DNA from: a virus
Lineage: Duplodnaviria; Caudoviricetes
Direction: 5' to 3' (one strand)
DNA length: 53,352 bases
IMG/VR virus record: IMGVR_UViG_3300009548_000008
Coordinates: 1 to 53,352 of that record
The position numbers and the translations under genes were made by a program. Under the pieces are notes generated by a model, which was not told where the DNA came from, made no database searches, and saw only the letters and a list, made by a program, of their open reading frames with translations. Shown here in pieces: positions 8,986 through 18,690 of this stretch (position 1 is the stretch's first letter; each line of letters begins with the position of its first letter).

Positions 8986-9219
8986 ATGGGGCTCGATTGT
9001 TATGGTGTCTTATACGAGACGGATGAATTTGGTAAGACAACCTGCGCAAAATACATGAGATATCTCAAAGGGCCGGCCCTAAATGCACTTGAAATGCACG
9101 GGGTTGAGATGTCATACAATGATCCTTTACTACAAGGATTAAAGAAGGCACCCACGCAATACCCCTTTAAAAAGGTTGAACTCGGTGGGGGTTTTTTCCT
9201 TATATTATACTGGATTTGA
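8986..9219 (+). CDS. Hypothetical protein
   Basis: GGAGG RBS. Confidence 0.55.
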   Translation: MGLDCYGVLYETDEFGKTTCAKYMRYLKGPALNALEMHGVEMSYNDPLLQGLKKAPTQYPFKKVELGGGFFLILYWI

Positions 9220-9225
9220 TACACC

Positions 9226-9300
9226 ATGGCACAGTACCGCAAAAAACCCGTTGTAATTGACGCCTTCCCGGGCAAGACGATCCGATTAATCAAGGAGTGA
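9226..9300 (+). pseudogene. Truncated remnant of a YRKKPVVI-start (PGDYG-like) phage protein
   Basis: MAQYRKKPVVIDAFPGKTIRLIKE*: the typical N-terminus of this family, but only 24 aa. Confidence 0.45.
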
Positions 9301-9304
9301 ATGA

Positions 9305-9937
9305 GTGACCGGCACCACAACCACGTTACAGGCGGCAACCCGCCAGATGTGGGAACGGCAGGAAGGAGAAAGCGCAAAAGCGTGGAATGCATTCCGGCTG
9401 TATAGAGATATGGAGCCCACCGAGCGCAGCATTGCCAAGATTGCTGCAAAGTTGGGGTATTCCGCCCCGGTGCTCTGCGAACGGTGGTCGATGCGGAATA
9501 ACTGGGTCGCCCGGGCCTTGGCATACGATGAATACACCGATTTACAGGCACGGAACCGCAGGGAACGCGAACGTCTCGCCGCCAGCGACCGGCGGATCCA
9601 GATCGCCAAGAACATGCAGCTCGTAGGCGGCGCGGCCATCCAGGATCTCGGCAAGAAGATCCAGGACGCGCTCCGGAGTGGTAAAGCCATCCCGAAGATC
9701 TCCCTCAAGGACGCCACCGCGATCATCAACGCGGGTGTCCAGATCGAACGGCTCGAAAGTGGAGAATCCACCGCGAACCTAGCCGTTGAGGGCACGATCC
9801 GGATCGAGGATGTAATGAAACGCGAACGCGAACTTATGGATATCATCAAGGAGGCGATCCGTGCAGAAGCCGATCCCGAGACCACACGGCGCATCATCGG
9901 GTACATTGAATCCCGCTGCGCTGCCCAGCGTGACTGA
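9305..9937 (+). CDS. terS: Terminase small subunit (HTH type)
   Basis: WERQEGESAKAWNAFRLYRDM..RSIAK...ERWS..NNWVARALAYD; immediately upstream of TerL. Confidence 0.75.
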   Translation: MTGTTTTLQAATRQMWERQEGESAKAWNAFRLYRDMEPTERSIAKIAAKLGYSAPVLCERWSMRNNWVARALAYDEYTDLQARNRRERERLAASDRRIQIAKNMQLVGGAAIQDLGKKIQDALRSGKAIPKISLKDATAIINAGVQIERLESGESTANLAVEGTIRIEDVMKRERELMDIIKEAIRAEADPETTRRIIGYIESRCAAQRD

Positions 9938-11561
9938 CAACCTCCGGCAGGAATTTGTCGGGAGTTTCAAGTCCACCCGTAACGTAGTCGACATCATCAC
10001 GTTCGCGGAGGATCCCGCGTATCTCGGGGAACGATTATACCCCCGGCAGAAAGAGATCTTCCGGGAATTTTACGACCCGACAAAATCATGGGAAGAACTG
10101 CTTTTGATCTGCGGCCGGGACTCCACGAAGACCTTCATGGCGTCAATCATCGCCTGCTATACCGCGTATCTTTGGGAAGAGATCCCGGATCCCTATTGGC
10201 TCTATCAGGGCCGGGTGAGCCGCGATAAAGAGGTTTCAATCCCCTGTATAGCGAAGAAACAGGAGCAGGCCGGTATCCTGTTCGATGAAATCAAAGCCAA
10301 GATATCCCGGAGCCCATACTTCAAGGGCAAGACCGTCCGGATCAACAGCCTCGATATCGAGCTCACGAAGAAACTCCGAATAGAGGCCGTCACCAGCAAC
10401 TCCGCGTCAGAAGTCGGAAAGACCGCGCTTGCGGTCCTCTTTGACGAGCTGGGGAAGTACGGGACCGAGAAGGGCACCCGGGACGGTGAGGAAGTCTATG
10501 ACACCATGAAACCGTCCGTGGGCCGGTTTGCCTCCAACCGGCTGGAGTTCCTTAAGCGGTGCGCGGGCGACGCTAACCTTGAGATGATCGTGCGGTTCCT
10601 CGGCCGGGTAATCAGCATCACAACGCCCATGGCCGAGCAGGGGATCCTCTGGCGGCTGTTCTCACAATGGGAGACTGACAAGCGCAATCAGATCCCCACC
10701 ACACTCCTGCTGTACAAGCGGCCAACGTGGGAGATGAACCCCAACTACTCTTTCGACTCGTCGTTCATCAAAGAGGAGATGCGCACCAACCCGTCATTCT
10801 GGCGTGAGTGGGGCGCTGAGTTCGAGAAAGCGCTTGATGCGATGTTCAAACCGGAACTTATCGATTCCTGCATTGCCAAGATGAAGGCCGCGATCGATCC
10901 TGGGATGATTGACTATACCTCAGCGATCGATACCTCCAAGACAAAAGACGCGTTCGCGTTCTGCATCGGTCATATGCTGGCCGGCCGGGTGATCATCGAC
11001 GAGATCCGGTACTGGATCAGCGAGGATGGCCACCGGCACAACTGGGCCCAGATTGAACACGACGTCCGGCTGCTCTGCATGCAGTACCGGGTTGAACAGA
11101 TCGCCCACGATGGATTCGAAAGCGAAGGCGTGCGGCTTCATTTCCATAATTTCCTGCTGGACGAGACGGTATTCACGCTGCAGTATAAGATGGACATCTA
11201 CGACTGCCTTGAGAAACGGCTCTATAACCATGAGATCGAGTATCCGGGCCACCCCCGGCTGCTGGCCGAACTCAAGGCGCTGCAGCGCAAATGGAACGGC
11301 GACAAGTTCACCGTGCACCATCCCGCGATCGGCCCAGTCACCAACGATGACGGTCCCGACGTAGTGGCAAACGTGGCATACCGTTTGTATAACCATTACG
11401 TCACGACCCGGGAGGGCATCAACGACGAGATCCGGACCACGGACAGTATCGAATGGCCGGACGACCGGCGATATCTTGACGCGGATTCCATGGGGCATCT
11501 TGCGCAACGGTTTCCCTCAATGATCTCGTCCGGGCAGGACCACATGGAAGGGGGCGAGTAA
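9930..11561 (+). CDS. terL: Terminase large subunit
   Basis: LYPRQ, Walker A variant GRDSTKT, Walker B VLFDE, ITTP coupling motif, nuclease AIDTSKTKDAF and C-terminal NDDGPD. Confidence 0.9.
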   Translation: MTDNLRQEFVGSFKSTRNVVDIITFAEDPAYLGERLYPRQKEIFREFYDPTKSWEELLLICGRDSTKTFMASIIACYTAYLWEEIPDPYWLYQGRVSRDKEVSIPCIAKKQEQAGILFDEIKAKISRSPYFKGKTVRINSLDIELTKKLRIEAVTSNSASEVGKTALAVLFDELGKYGTEKGTRDGEEVYDTMKPSVGRFASNRLEFLKRCAGDANLEMIVRFLGRVISITTPMAEQGILWRLFSQWETDKRNQIPTTLLLYKRPTWEMNPNYSFDSSFIKEEMRTNPSFWREWGAEFEKALDAMFKPELIDSCIAKMKAAIDPGMIDYTSAIDTSKTKDAFAFCIGHMLAGRVIIDEIRYWISEDGHRHNWAQIEHDVRLLCMQYRVEQIAHDGFESEGVRLHFHNFLLDETVFTLQYKMDIYDCLEKRLYNHEIEYPGHPRLLAELKALQRKWNGDKFTVHHPAIGPVTNDDGPDVVANVAYRLYNHYVTTREGINDEIRTTDSIEWPDDRRYLDADSMGHLAQRFPSMISSGQDHMEGGE

Positions 11562-11759
11562 GTGCCGATCATCATCGAGGGCAGCCTGGAAGATTGTATC
11601 GAGAAAGCCCGGCAGATATCCGCCGATATTGAGGATAATGTGAGATGGAAAATCGTCATGGAGCCGATCTTTGCCACCCATTACCGATGTTTTGAACCAA
11701 GAAGAAGGCCTCGTTTAAGATTAATAAAACGGATTAAGGTAAGTGATACTCATGGTTAA
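11562..11759 (+). CDS. Small hypothetical protein
   Basis: Fills the gap between TerL and portal. Confidence 0.45.
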   Translation: MPIIIEGSLEDCIEKARQISADIEDNVRWKIVMEPIFATHYRCFEPRRRPRLRLIKRIKVSDTHG

Positions 11760-13641
11760 GCTCATTCCCCCCCAGCTCGTCAACTTTTTCTCATCCCGGA
11801 AACCCGATGAGGACACCCCGGCCGAGAACGCCCTTTCGGATGCCGATGTCAGGGATTATGTTGGCATCATGTCCGAGATGGTCCCGCTCGGTGCCGCCGA
11901 CCTGACAACGGACTTCACACAGTACCCCTCGCAGCGTCAGCCCGACGGGTACATCAACAAGGCGCTTGATTCAGACGTGTATGGCGGCCGCAAGATCTCA
12001 TATATCAACCGTTTCGACCGCTTCGAGCAGCTTGAGCAGGTCAGCCCCCGGGTATCCATGGGACTGTCGAAGTTGGGTTTGAAACTCCGCGGATCCGAGT
12101 TCAAACTCTATATCGCTATCGATGCCGCGTTGACGGACGAGATCAAGCACGGCATGTTACAGGATGGCCAGCAGTTCGTTGAGAATCTGGGACTACAGGA
12201 ACATTTCGCCGCAGCCGGCCGACTCACGGGACGGGATGGCACCGTGCCAATCCTGAATACCTCCGACAAGCGCGCCGGAAATGGGGAAGGCATCACGAAA
12301 CTTGACTATATCCCGATGAGCCACTGCACCCTGCTCCCCCGGGACGTGCAGCCCATGAGCGGCTTCCAGAACATCGAGCAGTTGTGGGAATACGGCACCA
12401 TCCTTGGCGAAGTCACGCAGTGCATCATCAACGAGCGCATGATGGCAAAACGTGAGATCCATTACCTCAAAAACGGCCGCATCACCCTGATCCGGTTCAT
12501 GCACCAAGGATACGGGTGCCGGGACATCTACCAGCGGCGCACCAAAGGCATCTACGGGATCTCGCTGATGGATCAGCTGGACGTTCCCGCGATCAAACCC
12601 CTGTGCGATATCATCTGGGGATACAGCAAAGCCATCGGCCGGTACGGGTTCGGCCGGCTCCATATCGAGAACGAGATGCTTGCCAAGATGGTAGAGGCAA
12701 AACTGCTCACGCCCAAACAGGCCGCCAATATTGCCGCGATGGAACAGAAGGTACTCAACACGCTTGAGCCCAACCGGGATATCCTCACGATCGGTAAGAC
12801 CGTCAAGGAAGTCGCGGGCACCTTCGGGGCATCCGAGGGGATCCTTGCATTCAAGGAATCGCTCGAACGGGATATCTCGTACGTGCTCTGCGAGACCGAA
12901 GCCGGCAGCGGCAAAGCCCGGGGCACCACCTTCGCGTCTGCCTCTTCTGCGGACAGCGACAATAACCGCGTGCTCGAAGCCATGCGGAACCAGATCCGGG
13001 ACGCCTTCGAGTCGATCATCCAGCGGCATCTCACGCTGATTGGATGGGCCGCAGCGGACGCTATGGCCGTCAAGATCGACCTCGCGCCCATTGAACTCCC
13101 CCCCATGGAGATCCAGGCGCTCCTCCAGTATAACGCTCAGGCACTCCCGCAGGACCAGCTCACCCGGGATCAGCTCTTTGAGATGTGCGGTTGGCACCTG
13201 CCTCCGCTGCCTTCTGTGGGGAACGAGAATATCGGGCAGCCCAACCCGGCGCAGCCACCCGAGACGCCCGGGAATGGCGAACCGCTTGTCCCGGGCCTCA
13301 CCCAGCAGGAAAAACCCACATTCTACCTGACCTCAAAAGGCCGGTGTTATCTCACGGCCGCCGGGATGCACAAGAGACGCGGGGAGGGCCTCGGCCTTAA
13401 ACTCGCAGCGGGCCGGTACAAAAAGACCCGTGAAGGTACGATGATCAATCTGTATGGCGCGAACGTCATGGTCCTAAATGGGGATACTGAAGAGGAATCG
13501 TTCGAGCGCCAGACCGGGATCACGCTCGAAGAGGCCGCGGAACTGGCCCAGAAGGAAAAGGATTTCGAGAAATCTACCGGTGGATGGGACGCGGCAATCC
13601 AGCGGCTCTACATGAGCCACGGCAATAAAGGGCCGGTGTGA
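11752..13641 (+). CDS. Portal protein with C-terminal extension
   Basis: Position after TerL, size, and GIYGISLMD portal-like motif. Confidence 0.75.
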   Translation: MVKLIPPQLVNFFSSRKPDEDTPAENALSDADVRDYVGIMSEMVPLGAADLTTDFTQYPSQRQPDGYINKALDSDVYGGRKISYINRFDRFEQLEQVSPRVSMGLSKLGLKLRGSEFKLYIAIDAALTDEIKHGMLQDGQQFVENLGLQEHFAAAGRLTGRDGTVPILNTSDKRAGNGEGITKLDYIPMSHCTLLPRDVQPMSGFQNIEQLWEYGTILGEVTQCIINERMMAKREIHYLKNGRITLIRFMHQGYGCRDIYQRRTKGIYGISLMDQLDVPAIKPLCDIIWGYSKAIGRYGFGRLHIENEMLAKMVEAKLLTPKQAANIAAMEQKVLNTLEPNRDILTIGKTVKEVAGTFGASEGILAFKESLERDISYVLCETEAGSGKARGTTFASASSADSDNNRVLEAMRNQIRDAFESIIQRHLTLIGWAAADAMAVKIDLAPIELPPMEIQALLQYNAQALPQDQLTRDQLFEMCGWHLPPLPSVGNENIGQPNPAQPPETPGNGEPLVPGLTQQEKPTFYLTSKGRCYLTAAGMHKRRGEGLGLKLAAGRYKKTREGTMINLYGANVMVLNGDTEEESFERQTGITLEEAAELAQKEKDFEKSTGGWDAAIQRLYMSHGNKGPV

Positions 13642-13653
13642 GGATACACGATC

Positions 13654-14058
13654 ATGCCTATCGCTCTCACAAAAGGACTTAACCAGCAATGTGCTTACTG
13701 TGGGATTGCTATTAAGGACGAGGAGATCGCGGGGCAGATAGACGGCCAGTATGTCGATTACCTCAAGCACCGAACGGGAGTTATTGATCGGATGCTATTC
13801 TGTTCGGGGTGCTGGGAGCACATCGAGCTGAGTAACAAATCCAATCTGGGTGACGCCATCCTTAAGCGCAAAGAGCTGGAGGCAGAAGGCGCGAAGACGG
13901 AGCCGATCGTGCTGGATCTCACCAAAGCCGAACCATCGCCACTCGCCACCAAAGAACAGTCCGATCACATCCTTGAGAGCGTACAGGCCGATCAGGATTA
14001 CTTGAAAGAGCATCCGCTGGATTTCACGGCGCCGGAGCATGTGGGGACGGGTATCTGA
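13654..14058 (+). CDS. Zinc-finger hypothetical protein
   Basis: CAYC...FCSGC. Confidence 0.6.
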   Translation: MPIALTKGLNQQCAYCGIAIKDEEIAGQIDGQYVDYLKHRTGVIDRMLFCSGCWEHIELSNKSNLGDAILKRKELEAEGAKTEPIVLDLTKAEPSPLATKEQSDHILESVQADQDYLKEHPLDFTAPEHVGTGI

Positions 14059-14414
14059 TGACCAACACCGGAGATTATCAGGCAGACTGGTTCGGCAAAC
14101 CCGTCTATCATATCGCGCAGACGCAGAACAAGATCGTCCGGGTGAAACCCGAAGCCGCAGATCTCTTTTACGCAGATGAAATCAACAGCGGCCGGCATAT
14201 CGCGGAACTACAAATCGCGTACCGTGGACTCAAGTATCTCGGAGGTAAAGAGGTACCCGTGCTCGGGACCATCATGGACGGAAATAAGATGCCCGCGCAT
14301 ATCGTCCCGATCGTGCCCACCCTGTATCTTCCCGGCGGGACGTTCTGCCGGCGTGCGTTTGTGGCGGCACAATATACCGAGCGGGTTACAGACGGATTCA
14401 TGGAGGCATCATGA
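14058..14414 (+). CDS. Hypothetical protein
   Basis: TGATG coupling. Confidence 0.55.
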   Translation: MTNTGDYQADWFGKPVYHIAQTQNKIVRVKPEAADLFYADEINSGRHIAELQIAYRGLKYLGGKEVPVLGTIMDGNKMPAHIVPIVPTLYLPGGTFCRRAFVAAQYTERVTDGFMEAS

Positions 14415-14563
14415 TTGAACTCTGTATTAATTGTGGGTACCGTTCGCGGATCCATATATGCCTGAATCCCCAGTCTCCTTTTTTTAACCAGTATGCAGGA
14501 AACACGTGCCGGGAATGGAAACCGCAGGTACACACCCCGGATGAATGGAGTAAGTGGAAATGA
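14411..14563 (+). CDS. Small Cys-rich protein
   Basis: MIELCINCGY...ICLNPQSPFF...TCREWK; ATGA overlaps at both ends. Confidence 0.5.
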   Translation: MIELCINCGYRSRIHICLNPQSPFFNQYAGNTCREWKPQVHTPDEWSKWK

Positions 14564-14856
14564 TACCCGAAACCATCAGGATAGGCGGCTATGACGTGAA
14601 GATTGAATACGTGAACAACATGATCCCAGACTCAGCGGCATACGGCCAGTACATCCCCCGTATGAAAACAATCCAGTTAGATCCCGGCGTTTGTGAGCAG
14701 CAGAAACATTCCACCTTCATTCACGAACTGCTTGAGGCCATTGTCGAGATCTACGAGCTGGATGCCCTGAAAGAAAACCATCATGAGATCGTGCTGCTCG
14801 GCGAGGCGTTGTACCAACTTCTGAAAGATAATCCCGGGGTGGTGCCGAGTGGATAA
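14560..14856 (+). CDS. Zincin-like small protein (HExxE variant)
   Basis: YGQY..RMKTIQLD......STFIHELLEAI, like ImmA/IrrE-fold phage proteins. Confidence 0.6.
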   Translation: MIPETIRIGGYDVKIEYVNNMIPDSAAYGQYIPRMKTIQLDPGVCEQQKHSTFIHELLEAIVEIYELDALKENHHEIVLLGEALYQLLKDNPGVVPSG

Positions 14857-14980
14857 GGATATCTCGGATCTTCTTGAAGAACCGGCGCCCGGAATCGAGC
14901 ATGAAACGCAGTGGCCGGCGTGGCCTACGGCGGGATACGTGAGATGGCTTGTGGGTGAACTAGATGGAGGGATTTACTAA

Positions 14981-15790
14981 ATGACAAAACGGATTTTACT
15001 TTTATCGGATCTTCATATCGGCTCAAAATGGGGGCTCTGGCCCCCAAATTTCAAGGCAGAGAGCGCACGGAGCGATCTGATCGAGGACTTCCCCCAGAAC
15101 GCGGTGAATGCGGCAATCTGGGACCACTGGAAGAAGATGCTCGCGGTACTGAAAAAAGAGAGACCGGACTGCATCATCCTCAATGGCGATCTCATCGAAG
15201 GCGCCCAGAAAAAGGAGGGCGGCCGGGGACTCGTCACTCCCGAACTTCTGATCCAGGTCAAAGCGTGTATCAAGATCCTGAAAACCCTGCCGAAAGTCCC
15301 GATGTATTTCACTGCAGGAACGGATTACCACCAGCTCCCGGATGGTATCAGTGCCGATACGTTCATCGCTCAGGAAATGGGTGCGGAGTTCGGTGACGAA
15401 CTTGTCATTGAGGAATGCGGGTTACGGATCTTCGCACGGCATGTAATCGGCACCTCAACCTCAAGCTGGCAATATCTCACAACCGCACCCGCAAAAGAAC
15501 AGCTCCTCCTCTATCTCAACCGCTCACGTGAAAAATACGGGCCTATTGATGTCTGTGTATTCTCACACCGGCATGTATTCACCGCCGCCCAGTTCTTATC
15601 CGGTATCGCTGTCGTTACTCCTTGTTGGCAGGGAAAGACAGTTTTTGCTGTAAAAAAGGGCATCATAGGCACGCCGGATATTGGATGGGTTATGCTCCAC
15701 ACCGATGGCCCGCGAAAAATCTGTGTTGATACTACCGGCATACTCTCCGTAGTAAAACCCTGTAAAACCGTCGGGAGGGATCGACAATGA
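14981..15790 (+). CDS. Calcineurin-like metallophosphoesterase
   Basis: SDLHIG, ILNGDLIEG, GTDYH, ARH, SHRH motifs; GGAGG RBS. Confidence 0.85.
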   Translation: MTKRILLLSDLHIGSKWGLWPPNFKAESARSDLIEDFPQNAVNAAIWDHWKKMLAVLKKERPDCIILNGDLIEGAQKKEGGRGLVTPELLIQVKACIKILKTLPKVPMYFTAGTDYHQLPDGISADTFIAQEMGAEFGDELVIEECGLRIFARHVIGTSTSSWQYLTTAPAKEQLLLYLNRSREKYGPIDVCVFSHRHVFTAAQFLSGIAVVTPCWQGKTVFAVKKGIIGTPDIGWVMLHTDGPRKICVDTTGILSVVKPCKTVGRDRQ

Positions 15791-16044
15791 AAACAAAACG
15801 TGTTCCACATGGTTCACAATCTCAAAACAATACGATCATAATCCCCGAACTGGAAGAAGCCGCCCTCCATTATTCCCCCCGCGCAAAACCGTGGATACCT
15901 GGTGGCCGGGACGAACTTACCCTCAAGACATATTATGGCCGGGTCGATATCAAAGATCTCGCAAAAGCACTGAATCGCAGCATCCCCAGCATCAAGAATA
16001 AAGCAGTGGCGCTGGGTCTTCACGTCTGGGAGGCAAAGGCATGA
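15787..16044 (+). CDS. HTH DNA-binding protein
   Basis: W...DELTLKTYY....IKDLAKALNRSIPSIKNKAVALGL. Confidence 0.6.
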   Translation: MKTKRVPHGSQSQNNTIIIPELEEAALHYSPRAKPWIPGGRDELTLKTYYGRVDIKDLAKALNRSIPSIKNKAVALGLHVWEAKA

Positions 16045-16313
16045 TCCCAGGGCTCGGCAATATCCTCTCTTATCTTGTCGCCGGATTGGGTATACTCGGC
16101 GGACTGCTCAATATCAGCATGAACACCGGCACCCGGTTCAGGTCCTATGTGATCTGGTCAGCCGGGAATGGTGCCGGCAGCATTCTTTATTATCTGGCGT
16201 ACCTTGGCATTCTGGAAATTACCATTGGGTTTCTGGCATTACTGGCTATGAACCTGGTTTATACCGGTATCGACGTTGCCGGGTGCTGGAATACCCGGGG
16301 GGTGCCGGCATGA
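16041..16313 (+). CDS. Small 3-TM membrane protein (PnuC/YgjV-like half-transporter pattern)
   Basis: G..LN.......SYVIW..GN.....Y......LL..NLVY....GCW. Confidence 0.5.
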   Translation: MIPGLGNILSYLVAGLGILGGLLNISMNTGTRFRSYVIWSAGNGAGSILYYLAYLGILEITIGFLALLAMNLVYTGIDVAGCWNTRGVPA

Positions 16314-16540
16314 CCCAACCCGGCCCCACTCTCTCCGATGCAGCGAACCCACAGCGCCGGCTCCGGAAACTCAAAGAAAGCCGGGCGAATCTGATCGCCA
16401 TTATTCAGGAAAAAGAGGATTGCCTTGATATTATCGATGCAGAGATCGCAGACCTCGATGCGGCCCTGGTCAGCAATATCCCAGAGAGCTGGATAGAGCG
16501 GGCGATCTGGAAGGCAAGGAAATGGATCCGGGGGTGTTGA
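16310..16540 (+). CDS. Coiled-coil hypothetical protein
   Basis: ATGA coupling. Confidence 0.55.
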   Translation: MTQPGPTLSDAANPQRRLRKLKESRANLIAIIQEKEDCLDIIDAEIADLDAALVSNIPESWIERAIWKARKWIRGC

Positions 16541-16687
16541 AGGATTGACGGAAGATCTCGGATCGCTCGTGGTATCGATCCGGTGCCGGTCAGTCCCCGA
16601 ACCCCGCAAGAATCGCATACGCCTTGATATCCAGTCGGGCCGCGCCGGGAGCAGTCTGATTGTTGAGGCAGCCGGGAAGGTGCATGA

Positions 16688-18205
16688 ATGAAGCAGGCGG
16701 TTTTTGTTGAGCACACGCCCGGCGGAGGCCCGGGGTACCTTGATCTCTTGTTTGGCGATAAGGGTATCGGGACCACAACCGTACAGGCGCACAAGAGCGG
16801 CATTACCGGCACCGAGAAGGCCGATTTCCTTATCCTCATGGGTTCGGATCAACCCGTCAAAAAGATGCCGTGGTACGATGTGGAGATCCAACTGATCCAA
16901 CAGCATCTCCAACTCAAAAAACCGATCATGGGTGTATGCGCGGGCGCCGAACTCATTGCGCTCGCAAAAGGCGGAAAATTAATCCGACTCAAACACCGCG
17001 AGTATGGCTGGACGCCTGTAACGAGCCCCTTAGGATCCTCGTGGGTATTTGAGTGGCACGAGGACGCATTCAAAACACCCGCGGGAGCGCACGAGATCGT
17101 TACCGGCGCCGACGGCGGGATGTGTCAGGCATACCGGGGCCCCGGATATCTCGGCACGCAGTTCCATCCCGAGATGACTGCCCGGATCCTGGACGACTGG
17201 ACTAACAAGGATCCCGCCGTATCTGCAACCGCGAGCCACGAGAACGCCCTGCGGTTATTATCGTCGCAGAGACTCGCGGGGTATCTGGTCAATCTCCTCG
17301 TAGGCCCCAAATGCGCTTGCGGGGCCGGGCATCATCCCCACGTGATCGCCCGACCGTATGGCGGCGCGAACCTCGATCTGAACCGGAAAGAATACCTGAT
17401 GGCCCGGGTCCTGCAGGACGCGCTTGAGCAGATCGCCCGGAGGATCAACGATCAGGCCGGATCCGCCCGGGAAGCGCTCGCAGGGTTTGATACCGCTCGC
17501 AGGGATGTAACGGGGCCGGCATTCCGCACGCAGATCGAGCACCACGTCCAGCAGACCGTCCAGATGGGCACCGAGAACGCCCAGCGGTTGCTTGTCGCCG
17601 CCCGGGAGCGGCAATGGCACCGCCGGCATGGAGCGGCCGGTAAGAAATCGACGCCTTTTGTCCCCCCGCTGCCGTCCGTGTCGCCCCAGCTGATGACTCC
17701 TTGGAGTAAACTCGTCAAGGGGATCACCGATCATACCGTGCAACATTTCGACCGGATCGCGGATGATTTTAAAGACCGGCTCACGGACACGCTCAAGGAT
17801 GGATACCAGAACGGCGAGAGTGCGGCACAACTGGGTACTCGGGTGAAGGAAGCGCTCGGTGTGGATAGGAACCGGGCGAATGAGCGAGCGCGGACAATGA
17901 CGATAGAAACGTACAACCAAGCCCATATTATCCAGTATCAGGAAGCCGGGGCCTCTGGTGTGGAATGGAGTGCAGCAGAAGATGAGCGCGAATGTGACTA
18001 CTGCGCGGATCTCGATGGCTCAGTATGGGCGCTTGATGATCCGGACCTTATCCGGCCTCCCGCCCATTCCAACTGTAGGTGTGTACTCTTACCGGTGCTT
18101 GACGATATCCCCGACGATGCCCCGCAACCCTCGCAGGACACGGTTGATTTCTGCCAAGATTGGCGCGAGAACTATTTCGATATCCCGCTTTACGCCCCAT
18201 CCTAA
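16688..18205 (+). CDS. Fusion of a class I glutamine amidotransferase-like domain and a MuF/SPP1 gp7 minor head protein
   Basis: N-half: PIMGVCAGAELIA, EYGW, FEWHED, GTQFHPE (Cys-His-Glu triad); C-half: RARTMT..TYNQA, VEWSAAEDERECDYC..LDG, PPAHSNCRC. Confidence 0.85.
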   Translation: MKQAVFVEHTPGGGPGYLDLLFGDKGIGTTTVQAHKSGITGTEKADFLILMGSDQPVKKMPWYDVEIQLIQQHLQLKKPIMGVCAGAELIALAKGGKLIRLKHREYGWTPVTSPLGSSWVFEWHEDAFKTPAGAHEIVTGADGGMCQAYRGPGYLGTQFHPEMTARILDDWTNKDPAVSATASHENALRLLSSQRLAGYLVNLLVGPKCACGAGHHPHVIARPYGGANLDLNRKEYLMARVLQDALEQIARRINDQAGSAREALAGFDTARRDVTGPAFRTQIEHHVQQTVQMGTENAQRLLVAARERQWHRRHGAAGKKSTPFVPPLPSVSPQLMTPWSKLVKGITDHTVQHFDRIADDFKDRLTDTLKDGYQNGESAAQLGTRVKEALGVDRNRANERARTMTIETYNQAHIIQYQEAGASGVEWSAAEDERECDYCADLDGSVWALDDPDLIRPPAHSNCRCVLLPVLDDIPDDAPQPSQDTVDFCQDWRENYFDIPLYAPS

Positions 18206-18238
18206 AACATTTATACTTTTTATACCACATATTATACT
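18205..18238 (+). promoter_or_regulatory. BRE/TATA-like promoter (AAAACATTTATA), probably leaderless
   Basis: TTTATA about 25 nt upstream of ATG 18239; the same AAAACATTTAT precedes ATG 37969. Confidence 0.5.
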
Positions 18239-18466
18239 ATGCCAAAAAAACCAAGCGAAGATCCTGCGGTGAGCCTGAATGTCACCGTGCGGCAGAGTGT
18301 TTTTAACCGGATAGAAAAAGCCCGGGGTCCGGTCAAGCGGTCAACATGGGTCGAGATGGCCTGCGAAGAGAAGTTGAACAATATCAGCGCGATCACCAAA
18401 CTGGTGGCTGCCGGGAAACTTACGGCAGCGCAGGCCCAGAGATTGCTTGAAATGAAGGTGTCATGA
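18239..18466 (+). CDS. Ribbon-helix-helix DNA-binding protein
   Basis: SLNVTVRQSVFNRIEKARGPVKRSTWVEMACEEKL. Confidence 0.65.
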   Translation: MPKKPSEDPAVSLNVTVRQSVFNRIEKARGPVKRSTWVEMACEEKLNNISAITKLVAAGKLTAAQAQRLLEMKVS

Positions 18467-18690
18467 TGGGGGTAGACGTTCTATTATCCACAAAGAAGAA
18501 TATTCCTTTGTCCCTAATCACTCGTATTCAAGTAAAGATCATCGCAATTTGGTATATTCTTCTCGGCCGTGGGGTCTGGTATCGTGTTGATCTCGCGGGG
18601 ACTGGAGACTTTCATTTATCCGCACATTCCCGCTCCAATCACCTCTATATCTTTGAAAGCAACATCCTTGATGGGTTGGAGGTATCCTGA
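18463..18690 (+). CDS. Hypothetical protein
   Basis: ATGA coupling, AGGTG RBS. Confidence 0.5.
   Translation: MMGVDVLLSTKKNIPLSLITRIQVKIIAIWYILLGRGVWYRVDLAGTGDFHLSAHSRSNHLYIFESNILDGLEVS

Noticed and set aside
9109-9145. GATCC-N6-ACAAGGATT resembling a second CRISPR repeat
   Set aside because: Inside a plausible ORF, lacks the ATTGAAAC end, and the 5' part does not match.
10233-10243. GTTTCAATCCC resembling a CRISPR repeat end
   Set aside because: Within the terminase coding sequence, single short match, no array.
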